DNA of 64,000 bases, from the NCBI GenBank assembly GCA_043826585.1, contig JBDRPZ010000043.1:481-64480 (forward strand). The letters are read 5' to 3'. This DNA comes from Pseudomonadota bacterium. GTDB lineage: Bacteria > Pseudomonadota > Gammaproteobacteria > Burkholderiales > Gallionellaceae. Numbering within the stretch: position 1 is the stretch's first letter; the number at the start of each line of letters is the position of its first letter. Below, piece by piece: positions 1 through 10,045 of the stretch. The notes under the pieces were generated by a model. The model saw only the letters and a list, made by a program, of their open reading frames with translations. It was not told the DNA's origin and did no database searches. A program made the position numbers and the translations under genes.

Positions 1-74
1 AGTTGCGAGAGCAAGAACGCCCCCGGCAGCAACGTCGTCACCTTCATGAAAAAACCTGAATAAGCGAGGACGCC

Positions 75-302
75 ATGCCCTATTACATCTACCGCATCAC
101 CGAACGTCCTATCCGCATCCTGGCAAAACTGGAGCAGTATGAGGCCTACAAAGAAGCCTCCGCCCGTGCCAAGGAATTGCGCAAGGAAGAAGTGTGGGGC
201 GAGAACGGCACTATCAAGATGATCCATGCCGAGAATGAGATGCAAGCCGAAGACCTGTTGAACGAAGTGCGCGAACCGGCACCGCAACTGGGCGACGACT
301 GA
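75..302 (+). CDS. hypothetical small protein (75 aa)
   Basis: ATG-started ORF MPYYIYRITERP... with charged, helical composition. No better overlapping frame. Family not recognised. Confidence 0.45.
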   Translation: MPYYIYRITERPIRILAKLEQYEAYKEASARAKELRKEEVWGENGTIKMIHAENEMQAEDLLNEVREPAPQLGDD

Positions 303-326
303 GTCGCGTAGCAGGAGGCTGAGCAG

Positions 327-764
327 ATGGACGAAGCAGCCTACAGAAAGACACTGGAAGCGACACACCCCCTGTTGTGTCCGTTCAGCAAGGCTTTGTT
401 CTCGGCTTGTGTCGCTTGCTCCCAGGCCGGGCGCATGAATCTGGCGGAACGCGAATTGATCGTCTGTCGTGAAGCCGACCTGCAACAGCGCTGTACCCGC
501 ATGCACGACGCCTTGCGTCACAACTTCGGTTTCGCCATCCATATCCTGCACGACGAAGCGCCCATCCCGCATGCGCAGGAGATGCGCATCCAGTGCGGCG
601 GATTACGTGGTCTGCAGGACGTGTTGCGCGGCGATGCCGAGGTGACCGATGTGGACGAATTGATTCGTGCGGCACTGCAACACTGGTCGGAGGAAGGGGA
701 CATCCCGTTCTCGGCTGTGGTGCACGCCGCGCACCTGCATTACCAGGGCAGACACAGCAGATGA
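327..764 (+). CDS. hypothetical Cys-containing protein (145 aa)
   Basis: ATG 327 is preceded by AGGAGG at 313-318. Contains several Cys pairs (CPF..., CVAC). Family not recognised. Confidence 0.5.
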   Translation: MDEAAYRKTLEATHPLLCPFSKALFSACVACSQAGRMNLAERELIVCREADLQQRCTRMHDALRHNFGFAIHILHDEAPIPHAQEMRIQCGGLRGLQDVLRGDAEVTDVDELIRAALQHWSEEGDIPFSAVVHAAHLHYQGRHSR

Positions 765-831
765 ACGGCGCTGCTACAGCTACAATGCATTGCGCCGAGC
801 ACAATAACTAATTACAGGTATCGAATCGGGA

Positions 832-1818
832 ATGACTACCGCTACCACATTGCAGGACCGCTTCAGCCGCCGCATCGACTATCTCAGACTGTCGGTGACG
901 GACCGTTGCGACCTGCGTTGCAGCTACTGCATGCCGCAGGGATTCAGCGACTACGAGCAGCCTGCGGACTGGCTGACCTTCGACGAGATCGAACGTGTAG
1001 TCGCCGCGTTTGCGCGCATGGGCACTTCGCGTTTCCGCATCACCGGCGGCGAACCCTTGCTGCGGCGCGACCTGAGCGGACTGGCTGCACGCCTGTCCGG
1101 CCTGTCCGGCGTGGAAGACCTTTCGCTCAGCACCAACGCCACCCATCTGGCCAAGCATGCCGCCGCGCTCAAGGCGGCGGGTGTCACCCGACTCAACATC
1201 AGCCTCGATTCCCTGTGCGCGGAACGCCTGCACCAGATCACCCGCCGTGATGCGCTGGACGAGATACTGGAAGGCTTGCTGGTCGCCAAGGCCAGCGGCT
1301 TCTCGCCGATCAAGATCAACATGGTGGTGATGGCCGATGTGAACGAGGACGAAGTGGAGGACATGGCTGCGTTCTGCTTCCGCCACGGCTTCGTGCTGCG
1401 CCTGATCGAGACCATGCCCATGGGCGAGACGGGACGCAACGCGGCTTATGTCGATCTGCAACCGATCCGTCAGCGCCTGCAAGAACGTTTCGGGCTGGTG
1501 GACGGCATCGTTGGCGGCGGCGGACCCGCGCGTTACCTGGTCACGCCGGACGGCAAATCCAGCATCGGCTTCATCACCCCCATGTCGCAGCATTTCTGCG
1601 AGACCTGCAACCGCGTGCGGCTGTCGGTGGATGGCACGCTCTATCTGTGTCTGGGGCAGGAGAATGCCTTGCCCTTGCGCCCCATGTTGCGCGCAGGTTG
1701 CAGCGACGAGGAACTGGAAGCCGCCATCCGCAGCGCCATCGAACTCAAACCCGAGCGCCACGAATTCAGCGAACAACCCGGCAAGATCATACGCATCATG
1801 TCGATGACAGGAGGATGA
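832..1818 (+). CDS. moaA: GTP 3',8-cyclase MoaA (radical SAM)
   Basis: 328 aa. N-terminal radical-SAM motif CDLRCSYC (CxxxCxxC) and C-terminal [14 protein letters not shown] second-cluster region. First gene of the moa operon. Confidence 0.95.
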   Translation: MTTATTLQDRFSRRIDYLRLSVTDRCDLRCSYCMPQGFSDYEQPADWLTFDEIERVVAAFARMGTSRFRITGGEPLLRRDLSGLAARLSGLSGVEDLSLSTNATHLAKHAAALKAAGVTRLNISLDSLCAERLHQITRRDALDEILEGLLVAKASGFSPIKINMVVMADVNEDEVEDMAAFCFRHGFVLRLIETMPMGETGRNAAYVDLQPIRQRLQERFGLVDGIVGGGGPARYLVTPDGKSSIGFITPMSQHFCETCNRVRLSVDGTLYLCLGQENALPLRPMLRAGCSDEELEAAIRSAIELKPERHEFSEQPGKIIRIMSMTGG

Positions 1819-1819
1819 G

Positions 1820-2317
1820 ATGAGCCTCACCCATTTCAGTGAATCGGGCCGTGCGCGCATGGTGGATGTTTCCGGCAAGGAAGCCACGGTACGCGTCGCC
1901 ATCGCCAGCGGCATCATCCGCATGCACCCGCAGACCTTGCAGCGCATCCGTGATGGCAAGATCGGCAAAGGCAACGTGCTGGCCGTGGCAGACGTCGGCG
2001 GGGTGATGGCCGCCAAACGCACACCGGACATCATCCCCATGTGCCACGCCATCAGCCTTTCCGGTGTGCAGGTGGAGTTCAGCGAAGTGCTCGAAGCGGA
2101 CGCGCATGGCTGCGTCGGCTTGCAGGCCGTGGTCACCGCCAGCTGCGTCGGCCAGACCGGCGTTGAGATGGAAGCACTGACGGCCGTCAACGTCGCGCTG
2201 CTCACCGTCTACGACATGTGCAAAGCCATAGACCGCGGCATGCGCATCGAGTCCGTGCAGCTCGACGAGAAGCGCGGCGGGAAGAGCGGTGTGTGGAAAC
2301 GCGGGGAGGACAAATGA
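1820..2317 (+). CDS. moaC: cyclic pyranopterin monophosphate synthase MoaC
   Basis: 165 aa with the MoaC-like core ...[11 protein letters not shown]...[10 protein letters not shown]... ATG lies 2 nt after the moaA stop. Confidence 0.95.
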   Translation: MSLTHFSESGRARMVDVSGKEATVRVAIASGIIRMHPQTLQRIRDGKIGKGNVLAVADVGGVMAAKRTPDIIPMCHAISLSGVQVEFSEVLEADAHGCVGLQAVVTASCVGQTGVEMEALTAVNVALLTVYDMCKAIDRGMRIESVQLDEKRGGKSGVWKRGEDK

Positions 2318-2553
2318 TCAAAGTGCTGTTCTTCGGCCCTGTTGCCGACCGCGTAGAAACACGCGAGATGGATATCGACTACACGGACGGCATGACCCTG
2401 CACGACGTCACCCACAAGGTCGGCATGCTCTATCCCGGCGCACTCAGCATCGTCAGCTTCATCGCGGTCAATCAGGAACAGGTACACGACAAACAGACTG
2501 TGCTGAAAGACAACGACGAGATCGCCTTCATGGCGAAGTTCTCTGGAGGTTGA
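2314..2553 (+). CDS. moaD: molybdopterin synthase sulfur-carrier subunit MoaD
   Basis: 79 aa ending in ...KFSGG (C-terminal Gly-Gly). ATG 2314 overlaps the moaC stop (ATGA). The longer ORF start at 2218 lies inside moaC. Confidence 0.85.
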   Translation: MIKVLFFGPVADRVETREMDIDYTDGMTLHDVTHKVGMLYPGALSIVSFIAVNQEQVHDKQTVLKDNDEIAFMAKFSGG

Positions 2554-2554
2554 G

Positions 2555-2980
2555 ATGAACGAACCGGTACGTATTCAGGAAACTGACTTCTCGCAAGACG
2601 CCGAGATCGCTGCGCTCAAGGCAAGCTCAAAACGCATGGGCGGCATCGCCACTTTCCTTGGCTGCGCACGTGACTTCTCCGAAGGACGTGACGTCAGCTG
2701 GATCAGCTTCGAAGCCTACGGCAGCATGGCGCTGGCCGAGATGCGCAAGTTGCGCGAGGAAGCCATCGCCAAGTTCGATCTGCTCGACGCCCGCATCGTG
2801 CATCGTGTCACCACGGTGTCCGCTGGCGACAACATCGTGTTCATCGCAGCTGGAGCCGAGCATAGGGCCGCCGCTTTCGACGGCTGCCGCTGGATCATCG
2901 ACGAACTCAAACAGCGTGTGCCGATCTGGAAGAAGGAAGTGACGCCGGAGGGGGAGGCGTGGGTCACACAACATCCGTGA
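2555..2980 (+). CDS. moaE: molybdopterin synthase catalytic subunit MoaE
   Basis: 141 aa, starting 1 nt after the moaD stop. MoaE-like C-terminus ...DELKQRVPIWKKE... Confidence 0.9.
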   Translation: MNEPVRIQETDFSQDAEIAALKASSKRMGGIATFLGCARDFSEGRDVSWISFEAYGSMALAEMRKLREEAIAKFDLLDARIVHRVTTVSAGDNIVFIAAGAEHRAAAFDGCRWIIDELKQRVPIWKKEVTPEGEAWVTQHP

Positions 2981-3441
2981 ACCCTGTCAGGGTTGAAGTG
3001 CTGGATTTTTCTGCAGTCACATTCGGTTCAGACGCGTACAAGCGCACCTGTGAATTGCGCAATGATGTATTGCGCAAACCGCTGGGGCTGGACCTTTTCA
3101 ATGAAGACCTGAGTCAGGAGAAGGAGCAGTCGCACTTCGGGCTGTTCGATGATGATGGGCAACTGATCGCATGTGTGATCGCCATCCGTCTGGCACTCGA
3201 TACAGCCAAGATACGCCAGATGGCAGTCAGAAGTGGATATGAAGGGCAGGGTGTGGGGCGAGCCTTGATGCGTGCGCTGGAAGTTCAGCTGGCCAAGGAC
3301 GGCGTGACGAAACTGATGTTGCATGCACGCCTGTCTGCCGCAGGTTTCTATGAGAGACTCGGCTATGTCCGATCAGGCGAGCCATTCGTGGAGGTCGGGA
3401 TACCGCACATCCGCATGAAAAAATCTGCAGATATTGAATAG
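2959..3441 (+). CDS. GNAT family N-acetyltransferase
   Basis: Acetyl-CoA binding motif ...RSGYEGQGVGRALM... Longest ORF starts at GTG 2959 inside the moaE end; GTG 2977 or 2998 are alternative starts. Confidence 0.7.
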   Translation: MGHTTSVNPVRVEVLDFSAVTFGSDAYKRTCELRNDVLRKPLGLDLFNEDLSQEKEQSHFGLFDDDGQLIACVIAIRLALDTAKIRQMAVRSGYEGQGVGRALMRALEVQLAKDGVTKLMLHARLSAAGFYERLGYVRSGEPFVEVGIPHIRMKKSADIE

Positions 3442-3444
3442 ACC

Positions 3445-3936
3445 ATGAAACTCATTTCCTTCGTCGGCCATTCCGGTTCCGGCAAAACCACCCTGATCGA
3501 AAAGCTGGTGCGCGAACTGACGCAGCGCGGCTTGCGCGTGGCGACCATCAAGCATGCGCATCACAAGGTGGCTTTGGATACGCCGGGCAAGGATAGCTGG
3601 CGCTATACGCAGGCGGGGGCGGCGATGAGTCTGCTGGTGACCAATGGCGCGGCTCAGCTCGTGGCGACACAGGTCGAGCAGGATGATCCACAGAAATTGG
3701 CCGAGCGTTTCCTCGGCGAGGCCGATCTGGTGCTGGCAGAGGGGTTCTCGCTGGCGCCGGGTGCGAAGATCGAGGTGTTGCGTCGCGAGTGTTCATCGGA
3801 GCCCCGCTGCACGGTGGAAGAGGGCGTGGTGGCGCTGGTGACCGATGTGGACGAGGTCTATCCGCAACTGCCGCATTTCGCGTTGGACGATGTGGACAAT
3901 ATCATCGATTTCATTCTGCAACAGGCGGAGAGATGA
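3445..3936 (+). CDS. mobB: molybdopterin-guanine dinucleotide biosynthesis adaptor MobB
   Basis: 163 aa with P-loop GHSGSGKTTL. Sits between the moa and mobA genes. Confidence 0.85.
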   Translation: MKLISFVGHSGSGKTTLIEKLVRELTQRGLRVATIKHAHHKVALDTPGKDSWRYTQAGAAMSLLVTNGAAQLVATQVEQDDPQKLAERFLGEADLVLAEGFSLAPGAKIEVLRRECSSEPRCTVEEGVVALVTDVDEVYPQLPHFALDDVDNIIDFILQQAER

Positions 3937-4514
3937 TCGCAGACTGTACCGCACTGATCCTCGCGGGGGGTGATTCCAGTCGCATGGGGCAGGACAAGGC
4001 TAACCTGCTGCTGGATGGCGAGACTTTGCTGCAGCGCGTGATGACAGGCATGCAGCAGCTGTTTCCCAAGGTCATCGTCAGCGTGCGCCAGCCGCGCGCG
4101 GAAGTATCGTTGCCGCAGGTGAGCGATGGTCATGAGGATGGCGGACCGCTGGCAGGGCTGGTGGCAGGGCTGGCGCAAGTGGAGACGGACTGGATGTTCG
4201 CGGTGGCGTGTGACATGCCTTTCATCCAGTCTGCAATCATTGTGCACATGGCGGTGCTGAGAGCTGAGCAGCAGGCAGTCGTGCCGACGATAGGCGGACA
4301 TCCTCAGCCCTTGTTCGCCTTCTATTCGAAACAGGCATTGCCGGTGATGCGCGCGGCTTTGGCGAGTGGCGAGAAACGTGTGCGTGCAGTGTTGAAGCAA
4401 CTGGACGTGCGTTATGTACACGAAGAGGAGTTGCGGGAATACGATCCGCAGTTCCGCAGTTTTTTTGATCTGGATACGCCGCAGGACCATGCTGCGGCAC
4501 AGGAGTTGAAGTGA
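3933..4514 (+). CDS. mobA: molybdenum cofactor guanylyltransferase MobA
   Basis: 193 aa from ATG 3933, which overlaps the mobB stop (ATGA). N-terminal LILAGGDSSRMG motif. The ORF-track start at 3789 is a spurious extension inside mobB. Confidence 0.85.
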   Translation: MIADCTALILAGGDSSRMGQDKANLLLDGETLLQRVMTGMQQLFPKVIVSVRQPRAEVSLPQVSDGHEDGGPLAGLVAGLAQVETDWMFAVACDMPFIQSAIIVHMAVLRAEQQAVVPTIGGHPQPLFAFYSKQALPVMRAALASGEKRVRAVLKQLDVRYVHEEELREYDPQFRSFFDLDTPQDHAAAQELK

Positions 4515-5743
4515 GTGATCTGAGCGTAGCAGCGGCGCAGCAATGTATCATCGAGGCAATGAAGAGACTGGGTACGGAATCCGTGCCCTTGCAGCAGGCG
4601 CTGGGGCGTGTGCTGGCCACAGATGTGATCGCGAACCGCGACCAGCCGCCGTATGACGTGTCGGCGATGGACGGTTTTGCCATCCGCAGCGCGGACGTGG
4701 CGAACGCGCCAGCCGTGCTGGAGATCATCGAGGACATCAAGGCCGGCGACATGCCGCGCAAGACCGTGCAGGCCGGACAGTGCGCACGCATCATGACCGG
4801 TGCGCCGGTGCCGCAGGGTGCGGACGCAGTGATCCGCGTGGAAGACTCGGAAGCGGTATCGGAAACGCAGGTGCGCATCAACGTGTCAGTAAAGATGCGC
4901 AACGATATCCGTGACCGAGGCGAGAGCATGCGCCACGGCGAGATCGTGCTGAGTGCCGGTACCGAGGTCACGCCGGGCGTGGTCGGCATGCTGGCGATGG
5001 TGAAGTCAGCACAGGTCGAGGTGTGGCGGCAGCCGCGCGTGGCCATCCTTTCCACCGGAGACGAACTGGAAGGTCTGGACGAGCCGATCGATGCGAACAA
5101 GATCCCGGATGCGAACAGTTATGCGCTGATGGCACAGGTGCAGGCGCTGGGCATACAGCCGGTGCTGCTGGGCATCGCGCGCGATGAACCGGAACATCTG
5201 AAAGAGATGCTGCAACGCGGTTTGCAGTTCGATGTGCTGCTGGTCTCCGGCGGCACATCGGTCGGTGTGCATGACTACGTGCGACCGACACTTGAAGCGC
5301 TGGGTGTGCAGATGAAATTCTGGCGCGTGCAGATGAAGCCGGGACATCCGATGGCGTTCGGCGTGGCACCGCTGACATGGGTGTTCGGCCTGCCGGGCAA
5401 TCCAGTCTCCAGCATGGTTTGTTTCGAGCAGTTCGTCGGTCCCGCACTGCGTCATTGCATGGGGCATGCGAAGGTCTTCCGTCGCACCGTAACAGCGAAG
5501 CTGGAGCGCGATGTGAAGCACAAGCACAGCCGCACGGAATTCGTGCGGGTGATGCTGGGCAGGGAAGGCGGCGCGTTCACGGCGACGCCGACCGGGGATC
5601 AGGGCAGCGGCATCCTGCGTTCGATGGCGCTGGCAGAGGGTTTGATGGTCGTGCCAGCCGAGTGCAAGGGACTGGTTGCGGGCGAGCAGGTGTCGGTGCA
5701 GTTGCTGGACGGTACGGCCTATCAGGATGAAGCAGGGGAGTGA
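4511..5743 (+). CDS. moeA: molybdopterin molybdotransferase MoeA
   Basis: 410 aa. GTG start overlaps the mobA stop (GTGA), with AGGAG at 4501-4505. MoeA-like domains (...LVSGGTSVGVHDY..., ...GLPGNPVSS...). Confidence 0.9.
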   Translation: MSDLSVAAAQQCIIEAMKRLGTESVPLQQALGRVLATDVIANRDQPPYDVSAMDGFAIRSADVANAPAVLEIIEDIKAGDMPRKTVQAGQCARIMTGAPVPQGADAVIRVEDSEAVSETQVRINVSVKMRNDIRDRGESMRHGEIVLSAGTEVTPGVVGMLAMVKSAQVEVWRQPRVAILSTGDELEGLDEPIDANKIPDANSYALMAQVQALGIQPVLLGIARDEPEHLKEMLQRGLQFDVLLVSGGTSVGVHDYVRPTLEALGVQMKFWRVQMKPGHPMAFGVAPLTWVFGLPGNPVSSMVCFEQFVGPALRHCMGHAKVFRRTVTAKLERDVKHKHSRTEFVRVMLGREGGAFTATPTGDQGSGILRSMALAEGLMVVPAECKGLVAGEQVSVQLLDGTAYQDEAGE

Positions 5744-5744
5744 G

Positions 5745-6290
5745 ATGAAAGCACGTATCGGTTTCGTGACGGTGTCGGATCGCGCCAGTCGCGGTGAATA
5801 TGAAGACAAGGGCGGCCCGGCGATGCAGGCTTGGTTCGCACGTGTGCTGACCAGTGAATGGGAAGCCGTGGCACGGGTGATCCCGGATGAGCAGGCACAG
5901 ATCGAACAAACCTTGATCGAACTGGCTGACCGGGAAGGGTGCAGCCTCATCGTCACCACCGGCGGCACCGGCCCCGCATTGCGCGATGTCACACCGGAAG
6001 CGACCGAAGCGGTGTGCGAGAAGATGATGCCGGGCTTTGGCGAGCTGATGCGCGCCGAGTCACTCAAGTTCGTACCGACCGCCATCCTGTCTCGCCAGAC
6101 CGCCGGCATACGCGGCAAGAGCTTGATCGTGAATCTGCCGGGCAAACCTTCGGCCATCGACGATTGCCTGAACGCCGTGTTCCCGGCTATTCCCTATTGC
6201 ATCGATCTCATCGAAGGCGCATGGCTGGAAGCCGATCCCGCGCAATGCAAGGTCTTCAGGCCGGCGCACGCCAAAAAGCAAAGCGCTTGA
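5745..6290 (+). CDS. mog: molybdopterin adenylyltransferase (Mog/MoaB family)
   Basis: 181 aa from ATG 5745, 2 nt after the moeA stop. Mog-type motif IVTTGGTGPALRDVTPEAT. Confidence 0.8.
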   Translation: MKARIGFVTVSDRASRGEYEDKGGPAMQAWFARVLTSEWEAVARVIPDEQAQIEQTLIELADREGCSLIVTTGGTGPALRDVTPEATEAVCEKMMPGFGELMRAESLKFVPTAILSRQTAGIRGKSLIVNLPGKPSAIDDCLNAVFPAIPYCIDLIEGAWLEADPAQCKVFRPAHAKKQSA

Positions 6291-6302
6291 CCCGCCAAAC
6301 AA

Positions 6303-6340
6303 AAGGCCTCCGACTGTTCAGTCGGCGGCCTTTGTGTTTG
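6303..6340. terminator. bidirectional rho-independent terminator between mog and sqr
   Basis: 12-bp stem AAGGCCTCCGAC / GTCGGCGGCCTT with one mismatch and a 6-nt loop. TTTGTGTTTG follows on the + strand and an A-run precedes it, giving a T-run on the - strand. Confidence 0.6.
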
Positions 6341-6350
6341 ATGCGGATTC

Positions 6351-7622
6351 TTACTTCAGCTTCTCGATACCCAGCATCTTCATGATGCTGCCCTCGTAGA
6401 ACGGCTCGGTGGTGCCTTTCTTCATCTTGCGGATGAAGTATTTCTCGAACGCGACCTTTGCGAGGTGTACCCATTTGCCTTCGGAGAACCAGTTCACGTT
6501 GCGTGGCGGGATCTGCGGGATGGCGACGAATGCGACGCCGCTCTCGCCGAAGTCGGCCAGACATACCGCGTTCCAGGTGGCTTCTTCATCGGCGGGCTGG
6601 CCGGTGAGGTCGGCTTTGATGTTGTGCACGGTGGCAGTGACCATGGATTCGATCATGTAGCCGGTCTTGGGGGTGCCGACCGGAACCGGTGTCGGCTCTA
6701 CCGGCGGGATGGCCACGCATACACCGACAGCGAAGATGTTCTTGTACTTCGCGTTGCGCTGGTGCTTGTCCACGGTGATGAAGCCGCGCGGATTGGTCAG
6801 GCCTTCAATGCCGAACACTGCGTCGATGCCCTTGAAGGCAGGCAGCATCATGCTGTATTTGTAGGGCAGTTCGTGCTTTTGCTTTTCCTGACCCATGTCG
6901 TCATGTTCGGTGACGTACATCTTGCCGTCCTCGACCTTGGTGACCTTGGCATTGCAGATCCACTTGATGTGCTTGTCGCGCATGGCGGATTCGAGGATGC
7001 CTTTGGAGTCGCCGACACCGCCCAGTCCGAGGTGGCCGATGTAGGGCTCGGAAGTGACGAATGTCATCGGGACTTTGTTGCGGATCTTGCGCTTGCGCAG
7101 GTCCGTTTCCATGATGAATGCGTATTCATATGCCGGTCCGAAGCAGGAGGCACCTTGTACGGCACCGACCACGATGGGGCCGGGCTCGTTGCAGAAGTCG
7201 TCCCAGATATCGTGCGATTTCATCGCGTGATCGACGTGGCAGACGGATTGGGTGAAACCGCCGTGCGGGCCCAGACCTTCGATCTCATCGAATGCCAGCT
7301 TAGGACCGGTGGCGATGACCAGATAGTCATAGTCCATGGTGGTGCCGTCGTTCAGTTCGAGCTGGTTCTGATCGGGGTTGACGCGTTTTACGCCGGAGGA
7401 ATTGAATTCGATGCCCTTGCGCTGCAGATAGGTGCGCACCGGGAATTCGATGTGTTTGCGTTCACGCCATTTGACACCTACCCATGGGTTGGAAGGGGTG
7501 AAGTGGAAGTTTTCGCCGTTGTTGACGACGGTGATCTTGTGCTTGCTGTCCAGTTCTGCGCGCATCTCGTAAGCGGCCGGCATGCCGCCGATGCCTGCAC
7601 CCATGATGACTACATGTGCCAT
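6351..7622 (-). CDS. sqr: sulfide:quinone oxidoreductase (type I-like)
   Basis: 423 aa with FAD fold MAHVVIMGAGIGGMP. Close to collinear with the Acidithiobacillus-type SQR as I remember it (...KTGYMIESMV..., ...VHLAKVAFEKYFIRKMK...). Confidence 0.9.
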   Translation of the reverse strand: MAHVVIMGAGIGGMPAAYEMRAELDSKHKITVVNNGENFHFTPSNPWVGVKWRERKHIEFPVRTYLQRKGIEFNSSGVKRVNPDQNQLELNDGTTMDYDYLVIATGPKLAFDEIEGLGPHGGFTQSVCHVDHAMKSHDIWDDFCNEPGPIVVGAVQGASCFGPAYEYAFIMETDLRKRKIRNKVPMTFVTSEPYIGHLGLGGVGDSKGILESAMRDKHIKWICNAKVTKVEDGKMYVTEHDDMGQEKQKHELPYKYSMMLPAFKGIDAVFGIEGLTNPRGFITVDKHQRNAKYKNIFAVGVCVAIPPVEPTPVPVGTPKTGYMIESMVTATVHNIKADLTGQPADEEATWNAVCLADFGESGVAFVAIPQIPPRNVNWFSEGKWVHLAKVAFEKYFIRKMKKGTTEPFYEGSIMKMLGIEKLK

Positions 7623-7775
7623 GTATGTTCCCCCGTTAGGTTGATGTTGATGGAATTGCCCCGGTTTTCTTCCGGATGCTGCTTTCTCTCCCGGTCCGTA
7701 ATTAGGCGCAATAAGGTATGTCAGTGTCTATAACCCCATTGGGTATTGTGGGTAACCCATATGGTGAGCAAGGCT

Positions 7776-8438
7776 TTATAGATCGTTATCGGTCTTGTTC
7801 TGTTCCTTGGCGAACAGCACGGCAGCTTTGACGCGGGAAGACAGATTGAGCTTGTTAAGGATGTGGCGTACGTGCTGTTTGACGGTGTCGTAGCTGATGG
7901 ACAGTGTCTGCGCGATGGCTTTGTTGCTTTCCCCGCGTGCAAGCAGTTGCAGGATCTCTTTCTCGCGCTCGGTCAGCAGGCTGAGAGAGTGTCGGGGTTC
8001 GCTGCCGGGTTGTTTGCCCTTGAGCATGTCGATCATTTTCACGGTCATAGAGGGGGCGACCACCATTTCGCCGGCTGCGACGCGGCGGATGGCATCCACC
8101 ACGTCCTCCGGGGCCATATCCTTCAGCAGGAAGCCGCGTGCACCGGCCTTGATGGCGTTGGAGAGGTCGGTCTCGGAGTCGCTCATGGTGAGGATCATGG
8201 TGGGGATGTTGCAGCCGTCTTCGCGGATCTGTTGCAGCATGGCGATACCGTCCATCGGCTTCATGCGCAGATCCATCACGATCACATCCGGTTCGAGTTC
8301 GATAAGTTTTTGCAGCGCTTCCAGACTGCCGACTGCGCCGAGCACGTTAAAGCCGTAGCCGTTGCTCAACAATTCACACAGACCCATACGACAAAGGTTC
8401 TGGTCGTCCACCAGGGCGATCTTCAGCATCTCACTCAT
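7776..8438 (-). CDS. NarL/FixJ-family response regulator
   Basis: 220 aa. Receiver domain (...VDDQ..., DVIVMDLRMKPMDG) plus a LuxR-type HTH (LTEREKEILQLLARGESNKAIA). Confidence 0.85.
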   Translation of the reverse strand: MSEMLKIALVDDQNLCRMGLCELLSNGYGFNVLGAVGSLEALQKLIELEPDVIVMDLRMKPMDGIAMLQQIREDGCNIPTMILTMSDSETDLSNAIKAGARGFLLKDMAPEDVVDAIRRVAAGEMVVAPSMTVKMIDMLKGKQPGSEPRHSLSLLTEREKEILQLLARGESNKAIAQTLSISYDTVKQHVRHILNKLNLSSRVKAAVLFAKEQNKTDNDL

Positions 8439-9651
8439 TCATCGTTCTCCAGTTGGCTTCCGGTTCAGGGAAGTAAAATTGTACGCAAGTTCCCAGACCT
8501 TTTGTGCTCTCGACTCTGATCTCGCCGCCGACACGCTGTGCACGCTCGCGCATGATGACCAAACCGTAATGGCCTTCGGCGGGGGCGAAAGTGCCTACGC
8601 CATTGTCTTCTACCATGAATACATAGTAACCGCAGACATAATCGACGATCACTCTGGCATGCGATGCATTGGAATGCTTCTCGATATTGGAGAGTGCCTC
8701 GCGCACGATGTTGTAGGTCTGTATCTCGTGTTCCAACGGCAGGTCCATATCGGCGATACGCACTTTGCAGTCGAGCGTGATGTGGTTGCGTCGGTTGAAT
8801 TCGCCGCACAGGTCCTGCAAGGCATACAGCAAGCCGGCGGGGTTCATCTCGCTGCGGAAGTCGGTGATCAGGGCGCGCACGGCTTTCTGGCCGATCTCCA
8901 GCGCATCTTCTATATCGCCCACATATTTCGCGGCAGTGTTTTTGTTGTTGCGCACCGCGTCACGCAACAGGGTGGTGTTCATGCGCGCGTAGTTCAGGGT
9001 CTGCGCCAGCGAGTCATGTATCTCGTTGGCAATGGACTGGCGTTCCATCAACAGTTCGGCGCGGCGTGCCTCGCGACCGGCCTGGGTGTGTTCGATCAGC
9101 GCGGCCAGCATGTCGGCGAAGTTGACCGCCATCTGGGCGGTCGGGCTGAACGTGGTCTGCGGGGTGTCAAAGAACAGGGTGAACACCCCCAATAATGTGT
9201 CGGCGGATTCACGTCCTTCCAGCGGGATGGAGATCACCGATTGCATGCGTTGACTGGCAGAGCCGCATTGCCGGGTCTCGCAGTTTTCGATGGTGGTGGC
9301 ACACATGCCGTGGCGGAAAGCGTCACGAGTGCATTCTTCGCAGGCCAGCTCGCTGACGCGTTCTGAATCCAGTTCCTCGTTCGACAGGCCGACAGTGCTG
9401 ATGACGGGCAGGGTCTGTTCGTCCGGCAGCAGGATGCGGATCACGCCGGCACGTGCATGCAGCATGCCAAGGGCGGATTCCAGACAATGGTTGAGCAGGG
9501 TCTCCAGATCGCTGGCTCGCTGGGAGAGGAAGCTCTGTTCCACGCACGCGTCCACGCCGCCGTCCAGATCTGGCGGGATGAACTCTGGCTCGCTAGTCCA
9601 GATGAATTCGGTTTCATCCGAAAGCTCTGCGGGGATGGATAGTCTGTTCAT
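8431..9651 (-). CDS. soluble GAF-domain sensor histidine kinase (HisKA_3/NarX-NreB class)
   Basis: 406 aa with no TM segment. GAF-like N-half with a 5-Cys cluster, H-box EIHDSLAQTL, and an HATPase region (...EALSNIEKHS..., DNGVG). The stop overlaps the regulator start by 8 nt. Confidence 0.8.
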   Translation of the reverse strand: MNRLSIPAELSDETEFIWTSEPEFIPPDLDGGVDACVEQSFLSQRASDLETLLNHCLESALGMLHARAGVIRILLPDEQTLPVISTVGLSNEELDSERVSELACEECTRDAFRHGMCATTIENCETRQCGSASQRMQSVISIPLEGRESADTLLGVFTLFFDTPQTTFSPTAQMAVNFADMLAALIEHTQAGREARRAELLMERQSIANEIHDSLAQTLNYARMNTTLLRDAVRNNKNTAAKYVGDIEDALEIGQKAVRALITDFRSEMNPAGLLYALQDLCGEFNRRNHITLDCKVRIADMDLPLEHEIQTYNIVREALSNIEKHSNASHARVIVDYVCGYYVFMVEDNGVGTFAPAEGHYGLVIMRERAQRVGGEIRVESTKGLGTCVQFYFPEPEANWRTMNE

Positions 9652-10045
9652 TGTGACTCTGCAAGAAAGGGTTGCGTGGTCAAGCTCAAGACATTTTGCG
9701 GTACTGGAGTACTCTTATCGTTTCAAGGTTATGTCGCTTTGCAATAAATATCAACCGTTAGGAAATTGTGCCCGAACTCTCCCTTCGGTCGGGAAGGGGG
9801 CTCCCCCTATATGTGTGCAGGCAGGACGCGGCTTATGCGGCTAGTCACTCCCAATTGCCACATGGAAATAAAGGGTATAAGGGGCCACCCCGATGCCATC
9901 CTCTCCAGGATCACAGGGATATCCGGCCGATAAGGGTTCCTGGATACGCGGGCGGCCAAGTGGCCCAGCCAAAAAGCGGCAAGGCGTCACCGGTAAATAA
10001 AGGGTCTATAATCCCACTGTCCCGAACCAATCAGGAGCAACGACC

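Noticed and set aside
1-63. A possible 3' end of an upstream plus-strand gene.
   Set aside because: Two frames stay open to different stops (TGA 57-59, TAA 61-63), and about 20 codons give no recognisable motif, so there is too little evidence to report a feature.
765-831. A Moco riboswitch upstream of moaA. I also checked upstream of soeA (53668-53946).
   Set aside because: The moaA leader is only about 65 nt, and neither region shows the conserved Moco-motif elements I can recall. No claim is made.
808-2205. A 465-aa minus-strand ORF antisense to moaA/moaC. Similar long antisense ORFs lie at 5006-6157, 6465-7733, 20839-21945, 22988-24082, 27782-28702, 32730-34298, 39798-41816, 50057-51382, 53950-55260, 55429-56874 and 60879-62234.
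   Set aside because: Each lies opposite a gene with clear family motifs. They have Arg/Ala/Gly/His-rich low-complexity translations typical of stop-poor antisense frames in high-G+C DNA, and no recognisable domains.
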